Assembly (NCBI RefSeq): GCF_006345805.1
Contig: NC_042998.1
Coordinates: forward strand, 161,882,001-161,946,000
Source: Octopus sinensis
Taxonomy: Eukaryota
Direction: 5' to 3'
Length of the DNA stretch: 64,000 nt
Part shown: positions 1 through 13,671 of the stretch, piece after piece
Numbering within the stretch: position 1 is the stretch's first letter
How the letters are laid out: every line of letters begins with the position of its first letter
Program-made: the position numbers and the translations under genes
The notes under the pieces: generated by a model
What the model was told of the DNA's origin: nothing
The model's database searches: none
Seen by the model: the letters and a program-made list of their open reading frames with translations, nothing else

Positions 1-318
1 CTCAACCTTATCTAAACTAGTCATTTTGTTGGTTCACAGCAATTTCTAAACATTCTTCCTTTCTCATTCCTGGTTTGCATTGGTTTAATTCTGTGTTAAC
101 TGCGATCTTCTTCTCAGTTATTTGTTGATTTTATAATTATATCAACCAATTTCATTTGTCTATTTACTTATTTAAAAATATTTATTTGTTTAATTATTTT
201 TTTGCTTCTGCCTTCTCAAAAACAAAGTTTCAGTCACACCACTATCTTAAATTCACATTAGATATTTTCTCAATATCATTCACATTCATTCTTTACTTCT
301 TTTATTAAAATGTTGACA

Positions 319-715
319 GAGGCACAGGCATAGCTGTGTGGTAAGAAGCTTGCTTCCCAACAACATGGTTCCAGATTCAGTCCCATTGCAAGACACCTTG
401 GGCAAGTGTCTTTATAGCCTCAGACCAACCAAAGCCTTGTGGTTGGTTTTGGTAGACAGAAACTGAAAGAAGCCTATCATATATATAAATGTATTTATGT
501 GTGTTTTTGTGTCTGTGTTTTTCCCCTTACCATCGCTTGACAAGTGCATTTATGTCCATGTAACTTAGCAGTTCAGCAAAAGGGCCCAATAGAATAAGTA
601 CTCAGCCTACAAAGAATAAGTCCTGGAGTCGATTTTTTCAACTAAAAAAACCCTTTAAGGCTGTACTCCAGCATGGCCATAGTCAAATGACTGAAAAAAG
701 TAAAAGAATGAAAGA
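319..715 (+). mobile_element. SINE family A (tRNA head, CORE-like centre, ggtgctccagcatggc tail)
   Basis: A-box-like tagctgtgtggtaag, B-box-like gattcagtccc, accttgggcaagtg centre, internal TA/TG microsatellite, hairpin tail then gtaaaagaat repeats. Confidence 0.85.
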
Positions 716-1039
716 AAATACTTGGGAGAACATTATTTTCATTGCAAGTGGAAGATTCCAAAAGATCCTAGTTGAATATTTCATGATTTTCTATTCATTC
801 GTCTGTAATTAAAAGAATTTTACTGTTTACCATGAAGTAATTAGAAGACAATGAATTAGGAAAGACGTGTAAATCATCATACCTGAAAACCTATAAGTAG
901 GCAAACTCTATATAATGAAAACTGGTTTGCTTATCTTTGTAAAGAAAAATATTTTTTCTCGTTTTTTTAAAGAAACAGATCATCACACATTCTTTCTGAC
1001 TTTGATATTAATTTCTCCTCTGAGTTGTCACCCAGACAG

Positions 1040-1262
1040 AATACTGATTTCAAATTTTGGCACCAGGCCAGTAATTTCAGAGAATGGGGTAAGTCAATTA
1101 CATTGACTCCAGTGATTGACTGGTAATTATTTTATTGACCTCCCCACCCCAAAGAATGAAAGGCAAAGTCAACTTGGCAGAATTTGAACTCAAAACGTAA
1201 AGATAACTGAAATGCTGCTAAGCATTTTGCCCATGAGCTAACAATTCGGCCAGCTCACTTCC
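1040..1262 (-). mobile_element. SINE family B (tRNA head, gcctttcatcctt...gataaa..gtaccag centre)
   Basis: gagttcaaatt B-box; central domain recalls MetaSINE-type domains (unverified). Other copies at about 15425-15635(-), 15670-15822(+), 16035-16235(+), 16380-16600(+), 17165-17372(-), 34720-34935(+) and 51960-52140(+). Confidence 0.8.
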
Positions 1263-1499
1263 TTCCCCAGACATAATATTCAAAGACAATGTAATTAGTT
1301 ATACATACATACATACATTGTGACCCCCTTCGGTCATGAATGACCATGAGATTGCACCTAGAAAGTTACCCTCTGAGGCACTAGTCTGGCAAGGGTGTTT
1401 ATGGAAGACCAGCAGTCACCCATGCATACCGGCCTCCCCTCTCCACACCACCAAGGGAAAGGCAAAGGCTGATACAGCTTGGCACTACTGATACCCCAG

Positions 1500-1815
1500 C
1501 TCATTTATTAACGTGCAAGTGGAAGAGCACTCTACAGACACGTGTACCCTTAACGTAGTTCTCGAGGAGATTCAGCATGACACAGTGTGTGACAATACTG
1601 GCCCTTTAAAATACGGGTACAACAGAAACAGGAAGAAAAAGTGAGAGAAAGTTGTGGTGAAAGAGTACAACAGGGTTCACCACCACCCCCTGCCGGAGCC
1701 TCGTGGAGCTTTAGGTGTTTTCACTCAATAAACACTCACAATGCCCTGTCTGGGAATCAAAACCGTGATCCTACGACTGCGAGTCCACTGCCCAAACCAC
1801 TGGACCATTGCGCCT
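1500..1815 (-). mobile_element. SINE family C (ggaggcgcaatgg head, aagctccacgaggctc centre)
   Basis: tRNA-like head with gtttcgattccc B-box. Homologs at about 5470-5675(-), 23925-24240(+, 3' part) and 20040-20200. Confidence 0.8.
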
Positions 1816-3199
1816 CCATACATACATACATAAGTAAGTAAGTAAAAGAAATAGTGAATTGCAATGGACCAGCAATCTATCCAAAGAGAGATTTGTGTGA
1901 GCTTCTTAATCAAAAAAAAAAAGAAAAAAAAAGAAAACAAAAATATTCACTTCAATGTAGCTCAAAGTTGTTAGAAGGATTAACAATAAGGAATGTTCCC
2001 ATTGTATTTGGTAAAATAAAGTATGTTAGAAATTGCTTGCTCACGACTTTACAATGTTTTATTTTTCATTTTCCTTTTGTCTATTTCCCTATAATTTTCT
2101 GGAATAATTACAGATAGTAATACAGCTTCTCTAACAGGTATATTTTTTGTTTCCAAAAGAATAAACAAAATTATTTGATATGTCTTTTGAGAGCAATGCC
2201 CAAGTGGCGAATAAGAGAATTGGGAAACATGAACAACATTGCTTCGTAAAAGTCTGATATTTCTCAGCTTTTGGTTTAGGAACAACATTTTTAGGGAATC
2301 TAAAATCAAAAAATTCATTTCATTTTATTTAATTGATAAACCAGTTGGATTATTCTCAAATGAAGCATATCAAGAAAGCAAACAATTTTGCTGAAGACGT
2401 ATAGTCACAACACATTTCATTTTGTACTCAAGATTTGGGCGACATTTTGAAAGCTTCTCTAATTCTGTCACTGCATAATGAAAAGACAATTTTTCTGTTT
2501 TGGTTAAATTTTTGAAATAGTTTCAATTTAATTAAACCAATTGAAATTTCTGTTTATTCCCAATTACACAGTTATTATTACTATTATTACGTTTCTATTT
2601 GTTGTGTTCTTAGGCAAATATTATTATTGTTACAGGCTGTTGTTTATGATTCTGTTGTCATTAACTCAGAGATATCATTTCTAGAATCTATTTATTTTTG
2701 TTTCTCCTGCTGGTTTTATTTGTTATTAAGGAATTATTACTATTATTTTATTTTATTTCTCTCAGTAATATAACTTGGACGTGTCACCTTAGGCAAATGA
2801 GATTTTCAATGAAAATATCAATTATTATCTCTACTTCATATTTCAGTGGTTACTGTTAGGGAAGACATTTAGCTAATGATCCAGTGAGGGAACATCTGCA
2901 TGGTCACACAACCTGATATCTTTCAAAGACATCTAAACATATTAACTTGATAAAGGACACCTTCGATAATGTAATTCTATATACACTTTGCCGGAGAAAA
3001 AGATGCAACGGTCATGACTGAAGGGCATTTTAATCATAGGCCTTCTCAACGGAGGCTTACCTGGGGCTAAACAAAAATAATTACAGCAACAACATTTAGC
3101 TGTAGAACATCTGAACATTTCTTTTAGAATATCAATGCAAATATCTTACTTTCAGAAACATTTAATGTATGTTTATGTTGTAAAATAGTAGTAAAAGTG

Positions 3200-3308
<109 letters not shown>

Positions 3309-3417
3309 TATATATATATAATTTATATAAATAAGGATACGATTGTTATTTAAATACTGATCTTATCAGGTGGCCAGTATGGGAATAAAAACCTTCAAAG
3401 GTAATAACTATTATTAA

Positions 3418-3856
3418 AATTATAATTTAGGGTATCTAAGAGATACCACCACGCAGGGAATAACAGTCAAAACTTGACTTGAAATCACATTAAATGTTCA
3501 TACAGTACCAGTGGGTCATCCCGAGTCGAGCGAAAGCCCACCCTGTGGGATTGGTCATGGTCAGGACAGCCCTTGGGTACAAGCCAACCAATTTGGTGTT
3601 GGCCCATAACTTGTTGCTGCGGATCTGCACCAGCGTCGATCCCGGGAGAGTATGACTACTTGGCAGTCCTGGTGGCATCATCCCACCCAAATACACCAGG
3701 TGTTTAGGTAAGGTCATTGTCGTGGCATCTGTCAATACAGAGTAGTGCGAAGGCGTTACTCCTGGTACTGTATGAACATTTAATATGGTTTTAGAGTCAA
3801 GTTTTAGCTGCTATTTCCAGTGTGGTGGTATCTCTTAGATACTCTAAATTATAATT
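3418..3856. mobile_element. Foldback element with about 95-bp inverted arms and GC-rich core
   Basis: 3418-3511 is the diverged reverse complement of 3762-3856; flanked by TA arrays. Confidence 0.75.
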
Positions 3857-5321
3857 ATATATATATATATATATATATTGATTTAAAAATGGATGTGTCT
3901 ATGTAAGTGTGAGTATGTATGTTTCAAAACTGATAAAAAGATTGGAGGAATGTGAAAGGCATCTGGAAATAATGAGAAATACAAGTACAGGGAGAAAGAA
4001 GTCAACAACAAAACTTACAATTGAAAGAAGAAAGACAAATAGCAAGAAAGAGGGAGAGGTAGAGAAAAAGAGAGCGTGGTAGAGGTAGAGAGGGAGAAAG
4101 AGAGTTATAGCAAGCAAATGAAAGAATATTCTGTGACCAAACAGTGATTGTAAGGGATGTATTACATGACCAGTGTGATGTTATGTATGCCAGTATCATG
4201 TAAAAGCACCTGTGCTTGTGGCATATAAGAAGCATCCAGCATACCTTGTAACGTGGTTGGCATCAGGTTGGGTGTCCAACCATAGAAGCTAGCCAAATCA
4301 GACTGGAACCTGCTGTAGGTCTTCTGCTTGCCAGCTCTGGTCAAACTATCGAACTCATGCCTGCATGGAAAATGGGTGTTAAATGATTATGAGGAAGGAG
4401 ATGATATGTATATACGAATTTCACTTTGGCATAGCAATACAAATAACTAGTTGTTAGAACTAAATATACTTATGCTTTGGAGTAAGGCATTAGGTAGTTA
4501 CAGAGAGTAAAATTAACTAATCAAGGACAAATGAAATGGCATCACAAATACACCTTCATTAGTTTACTAAAGTTTCTGCTATAAGAAGTGGCGTACTCAG
4601 AGCTGAATATCCATGCAACATTATATAGCTTCTTCAGAGCCATCAATGTCATTCATTAATTTGTATGTATATATATCATAATCATCATTTTAGCCCCAAA
4701 TTTTCTATGTGTATCTGTAAGAGTGTGTGTTTGTGTGTGTGATATATGTATATATAAGTTAACGATGATAAATGTATACATATGTATATATAGCTGTGTT
4801 GATATGCGTTCATAAGGATGTCTATAAATTTGTCTCTGTATTAGAGTTCTTTGATGTCCCATAATCTTATCTCTCATTTCTTGCTTTATGGCTGTACTGA
4901 ATTTAGCCTCTACGCTTGTTTAAACCCACCAACGTCACATTAGACTACAAAATAAACTGAGATATAATCTAGATGGCTTGCCTGGTTTATAGGCTATAAT
5001 TTTCCAATGACCAACTTTAAAATCATTATTCTTATTCTTTATTTCCATACTTTTTATTTTTTAGTTTCTTCCTTTTTTCCCTCTTTATCTCTCTCTCCTT
5101 CTTTTACTTTTTGCTTTTCTTCTTTACTTGATTTTAGCTTTGACTCTTCAACTTATATAAAAGTCAATTTGAATTTTGTAATTTTATTTCTTAAGATCAA
5201 TGATGGCATCATTTTTACTTGCTGTATAATTGTATGATTATAATTGTTATTTTGATGTTACATAAGAATTATTGAAAAAGCTGTAGAAACGGACATTTTG
5301 AAATATCATTGATGTCCTTTA

Positions 5322-5359
<38 letters not shown>

Positions 5360-5682
5360 ATATAAAATGATAAACGTCGCCCTTTTCAAGCCTAGCCAGG
5401 CTCATGGGCCTGGTTTCCCGGTTTCTGTGGTGTATGTGTTCCCCCCAGCTGGACGGGACGCCAGTCTATCACAGCGTTACTCAAGAAACAGGAAGAGAGA
5501 GTGAGAGAAAGTTGTGGCAAAAAGTACAACAGGGTTCACCACCACCCCCTGCCAGAGCCTCGTGGAGCTTTTAGGTGTTTTCGCTCAATAAACACACACA
5601 ACACCCGGTCTGGGAATCGAAACCACGATCCTCTGACCACGAGTCCGCTGCCCTAACCACTTGGCCATTGCGCCTCTATGTG

Positions 5683-5741
<59 letters not shown>

Positions 5742-6999
5742 CAGGTGCGGTGAATAAACTGTCATCTAAGTTACATAAAAATGAAAATAACATTGACATC
5801 TCATTTTAATAGATATATTTACCAAAATTACATAAAAATATCTTGAAATACTAAAAAGAGTAAATTTATTTAATAAAATCGCCATTGGCTTCAACCGCGG
5901 CCTCCAGATGACTTTGGAATCTCTTGCAACTATTCTGAACAATTTCTTTGTTTAAGTTGGTGAATGCTGCCATAATCCTTGCCTTCAGCTCATCTTTGAT
6001 GTCACAAGGATGCCCCACACATAATAATCAAGGGGCTTGCAGTCTGGGGAGTTAGGTGGCCAGATGTTAGGGGTGATGTGGTCGCAAAAATTGTCTGACA
6101 GCCATGACTGGGTTCTTCTGCTTGTGCGGCATGGTATAGAGTCCTGTTGCCAGACATAGAGTGCTCCAGCAGTCACCCTCTTGACCCAGGGCAGTACTAC
6201 CTCCTCCAGGCACTTGAAGTAGGCCTCCATGTTGCATGTGAGGCCTTGTGGGAAGATAAATGGTGGAATAACATCTCCATCACTAGTGATCACTCCAAAC
6301 ATCATGATGTTGACTGGATGTTTGATTTTTAGCACTTTTGGTATATGTTTTGGGGACACAGCAAGCCAATGGTTGTTCTGTGTGTTCACCATCTGTTCCT
6401 GGCAGAAACTTTTCTCTGAGAAAACCAAAGCAGGTTCAGTTGGAAAGAATGCTTGAGTTTGTTCAAAAGCTTTGTAACTCAATCTTTCCTCTTGTCTTTG
6501 ATGGTTTGGGCTAAAAATTAGCCCTTTCTCACCTTGTATGAGGGATACTGAATGTCTTCATGTACTACCTGCCTGATAAGAAACTCAGACACTCCCCTGT
6601 CTCTGGTGATAGACCTGATTGTCTTGGGGGGATTGTTGTCAATCATGGGCTTGATCTCACCAACAGATTCAGGAGTTCTTTTCTTATCAGAACGATCAGA
6701 GTGAGTTTTCCAAGCTGCCATACCTTCATAATCACCATTAGACTCATCCAACTCTTTCCAAATCCTCTGCACTGTCCACAGATTGACACCCAAACACTCC
6801 GAATTGTTCATATTGGAGCTTCTCCCATGAATGCCAAACAGTACAGCATGTTGTTTCCAAGTTTCTGGTGAGTGAATTGTGCCATGGTGCTGGTTTTCTC
6901 ACAGATGGTGCCCAACCTCCCCGCTATACAAAATCAAAAACAATCTGCATAAGCGAAATTAAAAATATAAAATGGCGACAATTTACCCATTGCATCATG
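5742..6999 (-). mobile_element. Decayed Tc1/mariner transposon, maT (DD37D) family
   Basis: Frameshifted transposase in ORFs 6518-6811 and 5985-6482 with WQQD...WPPNSPDCKPLDYYVW; 37 residues between the last two Asp; diverged terminal inverted repeats (caggtgcggtgaataaactgtc vs reverse complement catgatgcaatgggtaaattgtc); TA at the right end. Confidence 0.9.
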
Positions 7000-8354
7000 T
7001 ATAAATATATATATATGTATGTACATTCTAAGATCAATGAAGTACATAATTTTGTCAGGTATCACACCAACACCAGGTCCTTCCCTGTGCATTTATCCAA
7101 AATAGACAGTATTTTCAGTCATATTTCACCTCATGGACTTGGCTTTAGTGTAAGTACATCACCTAATGGTTAGGGTGTTGCACTCACAATCACTCGATTG
7201 TGATTTCAATTCCTGGACCAGATGGTGCATTGTATTCTTGAGAAAAACACTTCATTTCTCATTGCTCTGCAGGGTGGAGAGTGACAGAATTATTGGCACT
7301 TCAGCAGAAGTATTTTATTGCATATCTTCTGGCTTTCTACATTCTGAGTTCAAATCCCATTGCCCAGAGAAGGCAATGGAAATCACTCCAGCAGTCATCC
7401 GAATCTAAGCCTGGTAACTGAAGTTCCAAGGGATAGTATAAGTCCTTCCCAAGTCATGCTAGAGGAGATTCACATGCACAGAACTAGTGCAAGGGCAGGC
7501 CATTACTAGACTAGAACTTGACACTAATGTGCAGTAATATTGTGTGAAAATCTGCATGGTCTGTCACCAGAGAGCAACAATGTGAAACACGTGCACTCCA
7601 TACTACACTTACTTACACTTCCTCTGTCTGATTGTTGTCTCTGACTGTCAGTCTCTTTTTCTATCTATCTCTCTCTCTTTCTGGGAACATATTTTCTACA
7701 TCAATAACAAACATCTGAAGTCCATGCTGACTCTCAGTTACATTAAACTCACCACTCTGAAGCATCTGAAAAGTCTAATAGGGACTTACTCCTCATATTT
7801 GGTCTAAAGAATTAAAACAAGTTAAAGCTATAACTGTCAAATTGCCATAGTAAATAGTAGGATCTGAGAAAACTAGCAGGGGTTTGTGTCGACAATTAAT
7901 GGATGAAGGGTGCTGCCTGAAATCTTAAACTTCCCCTCTTCTTTGTGGCATACCAATTCATACTTTTGAACTGTCAAATTACAAGATATTTGACTGTTAT
8001 GACACTGTTTGAAGACACATGAGTTGTGTGTACTATTAATTTGAAACAGTAATAGTTCAAATATGGCATTTATTTTTGATGATTATTTTATTTTGACAAG
8101 AGTGAAAATGGCTTATGTTTAAAAGAACCCAGGTGCCAGCAAGCAGCAGTAGGTTTTCTGTCAGTAATGGTTTGAGTTAATTGTGCATACAGCTGTTTAT
8201 CACTTACTGTGCTTCATACATACATACATACATTTGTATGTATATGCATATATACATATATGCACACATGTATATATGTGTGTGTGTGTGTACATACATA
8301 TATGCACATATGCATATGTGTGTGTATGTATACATACATATATGCACATATGCA

Positions 8355-8379
<25 letters not shown>

Positions 8380-8436
<57 letters not shown>

Positions 8437-9126
8437 TATTTTATATAGAGAATATGTTTTATATATATATATAAACATATATACAAACGTTTTTTTTATG
8501 GGACAATCACATACTAAGTAGAAACTTATTCAAGCTGTTCCTTTTAATACTATTTAAGAGATACTGTTGTTGTAGTGTTATACGCATATAGTGATTTGAA
8601 AAACATCCCGCCTTTTTTTTTGTTTTGTTTTTTAAAGTCTTTCCTTTTATAGAATACTTAATTATTTTGATGTACTTTATTTTTATCATCTTTCATTGAA
8701 ACTGATGTCTCATTAATTAGGTTTTCCATTTACAGCCAATCAGCTGAAATAGTTACAATATAACCATTTGATAATTAAATTGATAATTAAAGAGACAATG
8801 CAAAGTAACAATTTTATATGAGAACTTAATAACTGATATGTTTACTGGTTTTATTTTTCTCTAAGTATAAGTGATAGTCACTTTGGATACTAAGATGACA
8901 TTTATGCCTGGTTGTGTGGTAAAAAGTTTACCTCCTAACCACATGGTTCCAGGTTCAGTCCTACTGCATGGCACCTTGGGCAAATGTCTTCTACTATAGC
9001 CTCAGGCTTAACAAAGCCTTGTGAGTGGATTTGGTTGATGGAAATTGAAAGACACCCATTGCATATATGGTTGAAACAATTGTAGTGATTAATAAAATTT
9101 CTCATACCTACTGTCTCTCTCTCATT

Positions 9127-9199
<73 letters not shown>

Positions 9200-9886
9200 T
9201 ATTTTATATAGAGAATATGTTTTATATATATATAAACATATATACAAACGTTTTTTTTATGGGACAATCACATACTAAGTAGAAACTTATTCAAGCTGTT
9301 CCTTTTAATACTATTTAAGAGATACTGTTGTTGTAGTGTTATACGCATATAGTGATTTGAAAAACATCCCGCCTTTTTTTTTGTTTTGTTTTTTAAAGTC
9401 TTTCCTTTTATAGAATACTTAATTATTTTGATGTACTTTATTTTTATCATCTTTCATTGAAACTGATGTCTCATTAATTAGGTTTTCCATTTACAGCCAA
9501 TCAGCTGAAATAGTTACAATATAACCATTTGATAATTAAATTGATAATTAAAGAGACAATGCAAAGTAACAATTTTATATGAGAACTTAATAACTGATAT
9601 GTTACTGGTTTTATTTTTCTCTAAGTATAAGTGATAGTCACTTTGGATACTAAGATGACATTTATGCCTGGTTGTGTGGTAAAAAGTTTACCTCCTAACC
9701 ACATGGTTCCAGGTTCAGTCCTACTGCATGGCACCTTGGGCAAATGTCTTCTACTATAGCCTCAGGCTTAACAAAGCCTTGTGAGTGGATTTGGTTGATG
9801 GAAATTGAAAGACACCCATTGCATATATGGTTGAAACAATTGTAGTGATTAATAAAATTTCTCATACCTACTGTCTCTCTCTCATT

Positions 9887-9918
<32 letters not shown>
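8380..9918. repeat. Near-perfect tandem duplication, about 760-bp period
   Basis: 8430-9130 matches 9193-9890; the differences noticed are in homopolymer or TA lengths; junctions lie in TA arrays. Confidence 0.9.
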
Positions 9919-10385
9919 GGATGCCTCTGGGAGCTCCTCTATGCTTGTGAAGACCTATTGAGGCAAGTGAAAATAAATCAAAATCGCTAGCATGACCGAT
10001 GACAGTACCGCCTGATTGGCACTCGTGCCAGTTGAATGTTAAGAGAAGCATATCTGAGTGTGATCATTGCCAGGGCCACGGATTGGCTCTCATGCCAGTG
10101 ACATGTGAAAAGCACTGTTACAGTGTGATCGTTGCCAGCGTCACCTTACTGGTACATGTGCTGGTGGCACATGAAAAAAGCATTTGAGTGTGGTTGTTGC
10201 CAGTGCCACCGGACTGGCTCCCATGCAGGTAGCATGTAAAAACACCTTTTGAGCATGGTCATTGCCAGAACCGCCTGACTGGTCCTCGTGCCGGTGGCAC
10301 GTAAAAAGCACATCCACTACACTCTCAGAGTGGTTGCCATTAGGAAGGGCATCCAGCTGTAGAAACTTTGCCAGATCAGATTTCA
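9918..10385 (+). mobile_element. Repeat family D with about 65-bp internal tandem subrepeats and RTE-like tail
   Basis: About five subrepeats then tggttg.cattaggaagggcatccagctgtagaaac. A fuller copy at 13225-13660 ends acgttaaacgatgatgatg. Fragments at about 4165-4400, 26540-26700, 51430-51570, 55720-55900(-), 60700-60900(-) and 63385-63580. Confidence 0.75.
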
Positions 10386-11424
10386 AAAAAATCTATAACG
10401 CACATCCCAGGGACGTTGGGCGAATTATATGATAACATGAGAAGGTTGCAAAAAGTATTAGTCTGAGGGAAAAGTAGTAACAGAGAGAGGGTGACTTATA
10501 TCAGTGAAGGTGAGAACAGTTGTGGCAATGGGATGTAACATTAATATAGCTGTCATATACACACGACACTGCATACATACTTTTGTAAATACATAGATAC
10601 AACACACACATAAAGGTGGATGTGAGGAATATGTAGCTTTAAGGAAGGAGGGGGTAGGCGGCTTTTCTACTGTCCATCACAAAGAAGCACTCACACACAC
10701 ATACATAATATATACATACATACGCACATACGTACATATATACATACATATCTCCTATACACCATTTTAAACTCATGATTACCTGTGTGTGTTTGTAAAT
10801 GTGTGTGTGTGTGTGTGATGTCCCGTAACTGTCTGTCTCTCTACTTTTGTAGGGTCTTCCCTGTCAAATATGGTGAGATTTTAAAATTACGTCAAAATTT
10901 CCAAAGTTGGTATATTGAAATAATTTTCCACTTTAAATCCAATTTTGTTATTTATTTGTTCCAGAAAAATTGCAGAAATGTTACTGAAGTTTAAAGTCTA
11001 ATGAATTTTACTCAATCAGAAAACAGGATTTGGAATCTGGCCTTTTCTACATGACTCATGTCATTTTTGGCATGATAGCTGTCTATCATGAAATGAAAGC
11101 AAAATTATTAGAAGGAGGAGTTTTTATTAAACAAACGTGAATAAAGCATGATGACAACCAAAGTTTCAAAAACTTCTGAGGTTTCAATGAATAAAGTCAT
11201 GTGAAATGGTTGAACAGACATGTAAATAATTTAAAAAGGAAAAAAATCAACAGTTTTGTGGCAAAAACTTGCACAAATCTGTCCCGATCAAGAGGCCTAT
11301 CTGTTGAGGAAGTCATGCTCTGGTATGGAATAAATAAAAATTTATATAAGACGTTCTATTGTAAAAATTACCTGGCAACAATGGGCTATGTAGCTAGTAT
11401 ATATATATATATATATATGTATGT

Positions 11425-12220
11425 ATCTCTTATTATAAAAGGCAGATTTTATCTGCCTCCCTTTGTCTCTTATAGAAATCTACAATATAGGATTTCTTCA
11501 ATTACAATTTACCTAGCATTTTTAAGAGTAGAATGCATCGGGTTTTGCCAGGTCCACTTTTTAAAATTTCAATCCCAATTAAGCAAAATTTAGAGAAAAC
11601 TCACATTGTGGTGTATGAGTCAAATGCTTCTCTTAGTGTGGTCTACAGCACACGCACACACATAGTGTGCAACGAATAAAGTGAAAGTAATTCACTGTGT
11701 GTGTGTTGACAGGTAGACAATAGAATGCGATGGCGATGGCGATGGCGATGTAATATTTGTTTCTGTCTATGACGCTGATAGATACATGAGTAAAATGTAT
11801 GGGAAGTTAAGAGATAAGAGTGAGTGAAAATGTTCTTGGAAGAGAGTAAATAGCGAGAGAGTGATTTGAGGAAGACTTTACATTAAATAACCGTAGTGGC
11901 TTGTCAAATGGAGAGGAGTGAAAGGGTACTGGAGGAAATAGGGTGAGTGAGGAAGATGGCCCCTAGCAACCACACCTTTTAAGATATGGATTTCTAAGGT
12001 AGCTCACGAGCATCGTCACCTCATTCTACATGTCCCTGTAAATTTTGGAGCGAATCGGACGGGATAAAGTTATCTCTAAGAAACAGAAAGATCGCCCAAA
12101 AGTGTATATAGATATTTAAATGTATTTATATATTCATCTATACACACATGTATGTATAATGTGCGTGTATATATTTCCATAGAGGTAACCATTCAATCCA
12201 TACAAAGTTTTTTAGGACGA
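11425..12220 (+). mobile_element. Probable non-autonomous Helitron-like element
   Basis: Begins tctcttattataaaaggcag (Helitron-type TC start after TA repeat); CpG-richer than its flanks; internal (GATGGC)n; 3' end not identified. Confidence 0.4.
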
Positions 12221-12224
12221 AAAT

Positions 12225-13069
12225 ATTTATATATAAAAGAAAGGTTGTGTGTCTGTCTACTCCGATTTAGATTCCTAACTACTCCCACATTTTGCGATGC
12301 AGTTTAACCAAAACCGGGTATCTTATAGTCGTGATTCATATCGAGCCCTTCTGGGTATTAGCGCGCGTCTACGATGAGTCTATGATTTTACAAATAATTT
12401 ACCATCATTTTTTTCCATTTTAATGCATATTTTTTTAATAAAGGGAAGTAACTCTCAAACTTCACACCAATATGCGTGCTCATATGCGACGTAATATCAC
12501 ATCACCAGCATTTCCTCACACCCTCCTTGCACTTGGCGAAGGCAAAATACCAGGGGATGAAAATGGTAATATTGCCATCGATTCCATTTGTAACATTGTT
12601 AAGACGCCTTCTGATCTCAGAGATGCAGTGTTCCCAGATCTACAAGCTAATTATCAGAATATGGATTGGATTGGCAAAAAGGCTATACTGGCCCCGAGGA
12701 ATAAAACTGTTCACCATATTAATGATGAAATGCTAAAACTCATTCCTGGGGAAGTCTATGTATATCAGTCTATCGATACAACTCCTGACCCAGAGGACGT
12801 CATCAACTATCCAATAGAGGTACTCAATTCCTTTGAGCACCCCGGACTACCACCACACTTTCTCAAACTTAAAGTTGGTGCCCCTATAATGCTCATCAGA
12901 AATTTGGTTCCCCCAAAACAATGCAATGGCACACGTTTGATCGTTAAGTCCTTATCTCCCAGTGTAAACTTATATCAATATTTGCCTGAATAATCATCAT
13001 AATTCAGTGCAATCATTAACAGTACTTTCAAGCAATTCAGCCCCGAGCAACGCCAGGCAATTCTGCTAG
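12225..13069 (+). mobile_element. Internally deleted Helitron with PIF1 helicase fragment
   Basis: ORF 12472-12993 has AILAPRN, LKLKVGAPIMLIRNL and CNGTRL Helitron helicase motifs; 3' hairpin cccgagcaacgccagg (13042-13057) then CTAG|T at 13066-13070; Helitron-like 5' end tatatataaaagaaaggttgtgtgtctgtc. Confidence 0.9.
12472..12993 (+). pseudogene. Helitron PIF1-like helicase C-terminal fragment (173 codons, stop-free)
   Basis: Helicase motifs as above; Rep domain and Walker A absent; homology ends near 12965 at an apparent deletion junction. Confidence 0.85.
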
Positions 13070-13671
13070 TGTATGTATATAATGCGTATGTATGTACATA
13101 TATATGTATATATATATATGTATATATATATGTAATAGACTATATATTATTCATATAAAATACAGTGTACATTAAAACACATTAAGATTTCTGGTAAATT
13201 TGTTATAAATTATATAAATATATATATATAATCAAAATCAAAATGAAATTCGATGACTGGCATCCGTGCTAGCAGGGTGCAAAGAGCACCATATGAATGT
13301 GATCGTTGACAGTGCAGCTAACCGGCTTCCATGCCAGTGGCACATAAAAGGCACTATTCAAGTGTGATCATTACTAGCGTTGCCTTACTGGCACTTGTTC
13401 CCGTGCTAGTAGGGTGCCAAGAGCAGCATCTGAGCATGATCGTTGCCAGTACTGCCTGACTAGCCCCGTGCCAGTGGCACATAAAAAGCACCCACTACAC
13501 TCTTGGAGTGGTTTGCGTTAGGAAGGGCATCCAGCTGTAGAAACTCTGCCAGATAAAAATTGGAGCCTGGTGCAGCCATCTGGTTCGTCAGCCCTCAGTC
13601 AAAATCGTCCAACCCATGCTAGCATGGAAGGCAGACGTTAAACGATGATGATGATGATATATATATATATA

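Noticed and set aside
319-400. tRNA-like A/B boxes at SINE heads
   Set aside because: No cloverleaf; these are SINE heads, not tRNA genes.
8181-8521. YI/HT/CV-rich ORFs here and at 22042-23237, 41712-42199 and 53596-54521
   Set aside because: Translations of TA/CA/TG microsatellites, open in several frames on both strands.
9985-10310. Regularly spaced repeats resembling a CRISPR array
   Set aside because: Units are diverged tandem copies with no unique spacers, in a eukaryotic repeat, with no cas genes.
11000-11390. Possible piggyBac transposase relic (GLSVEEVMLWYG)
   Set aside because: Only one loose motif match; too weak to call.
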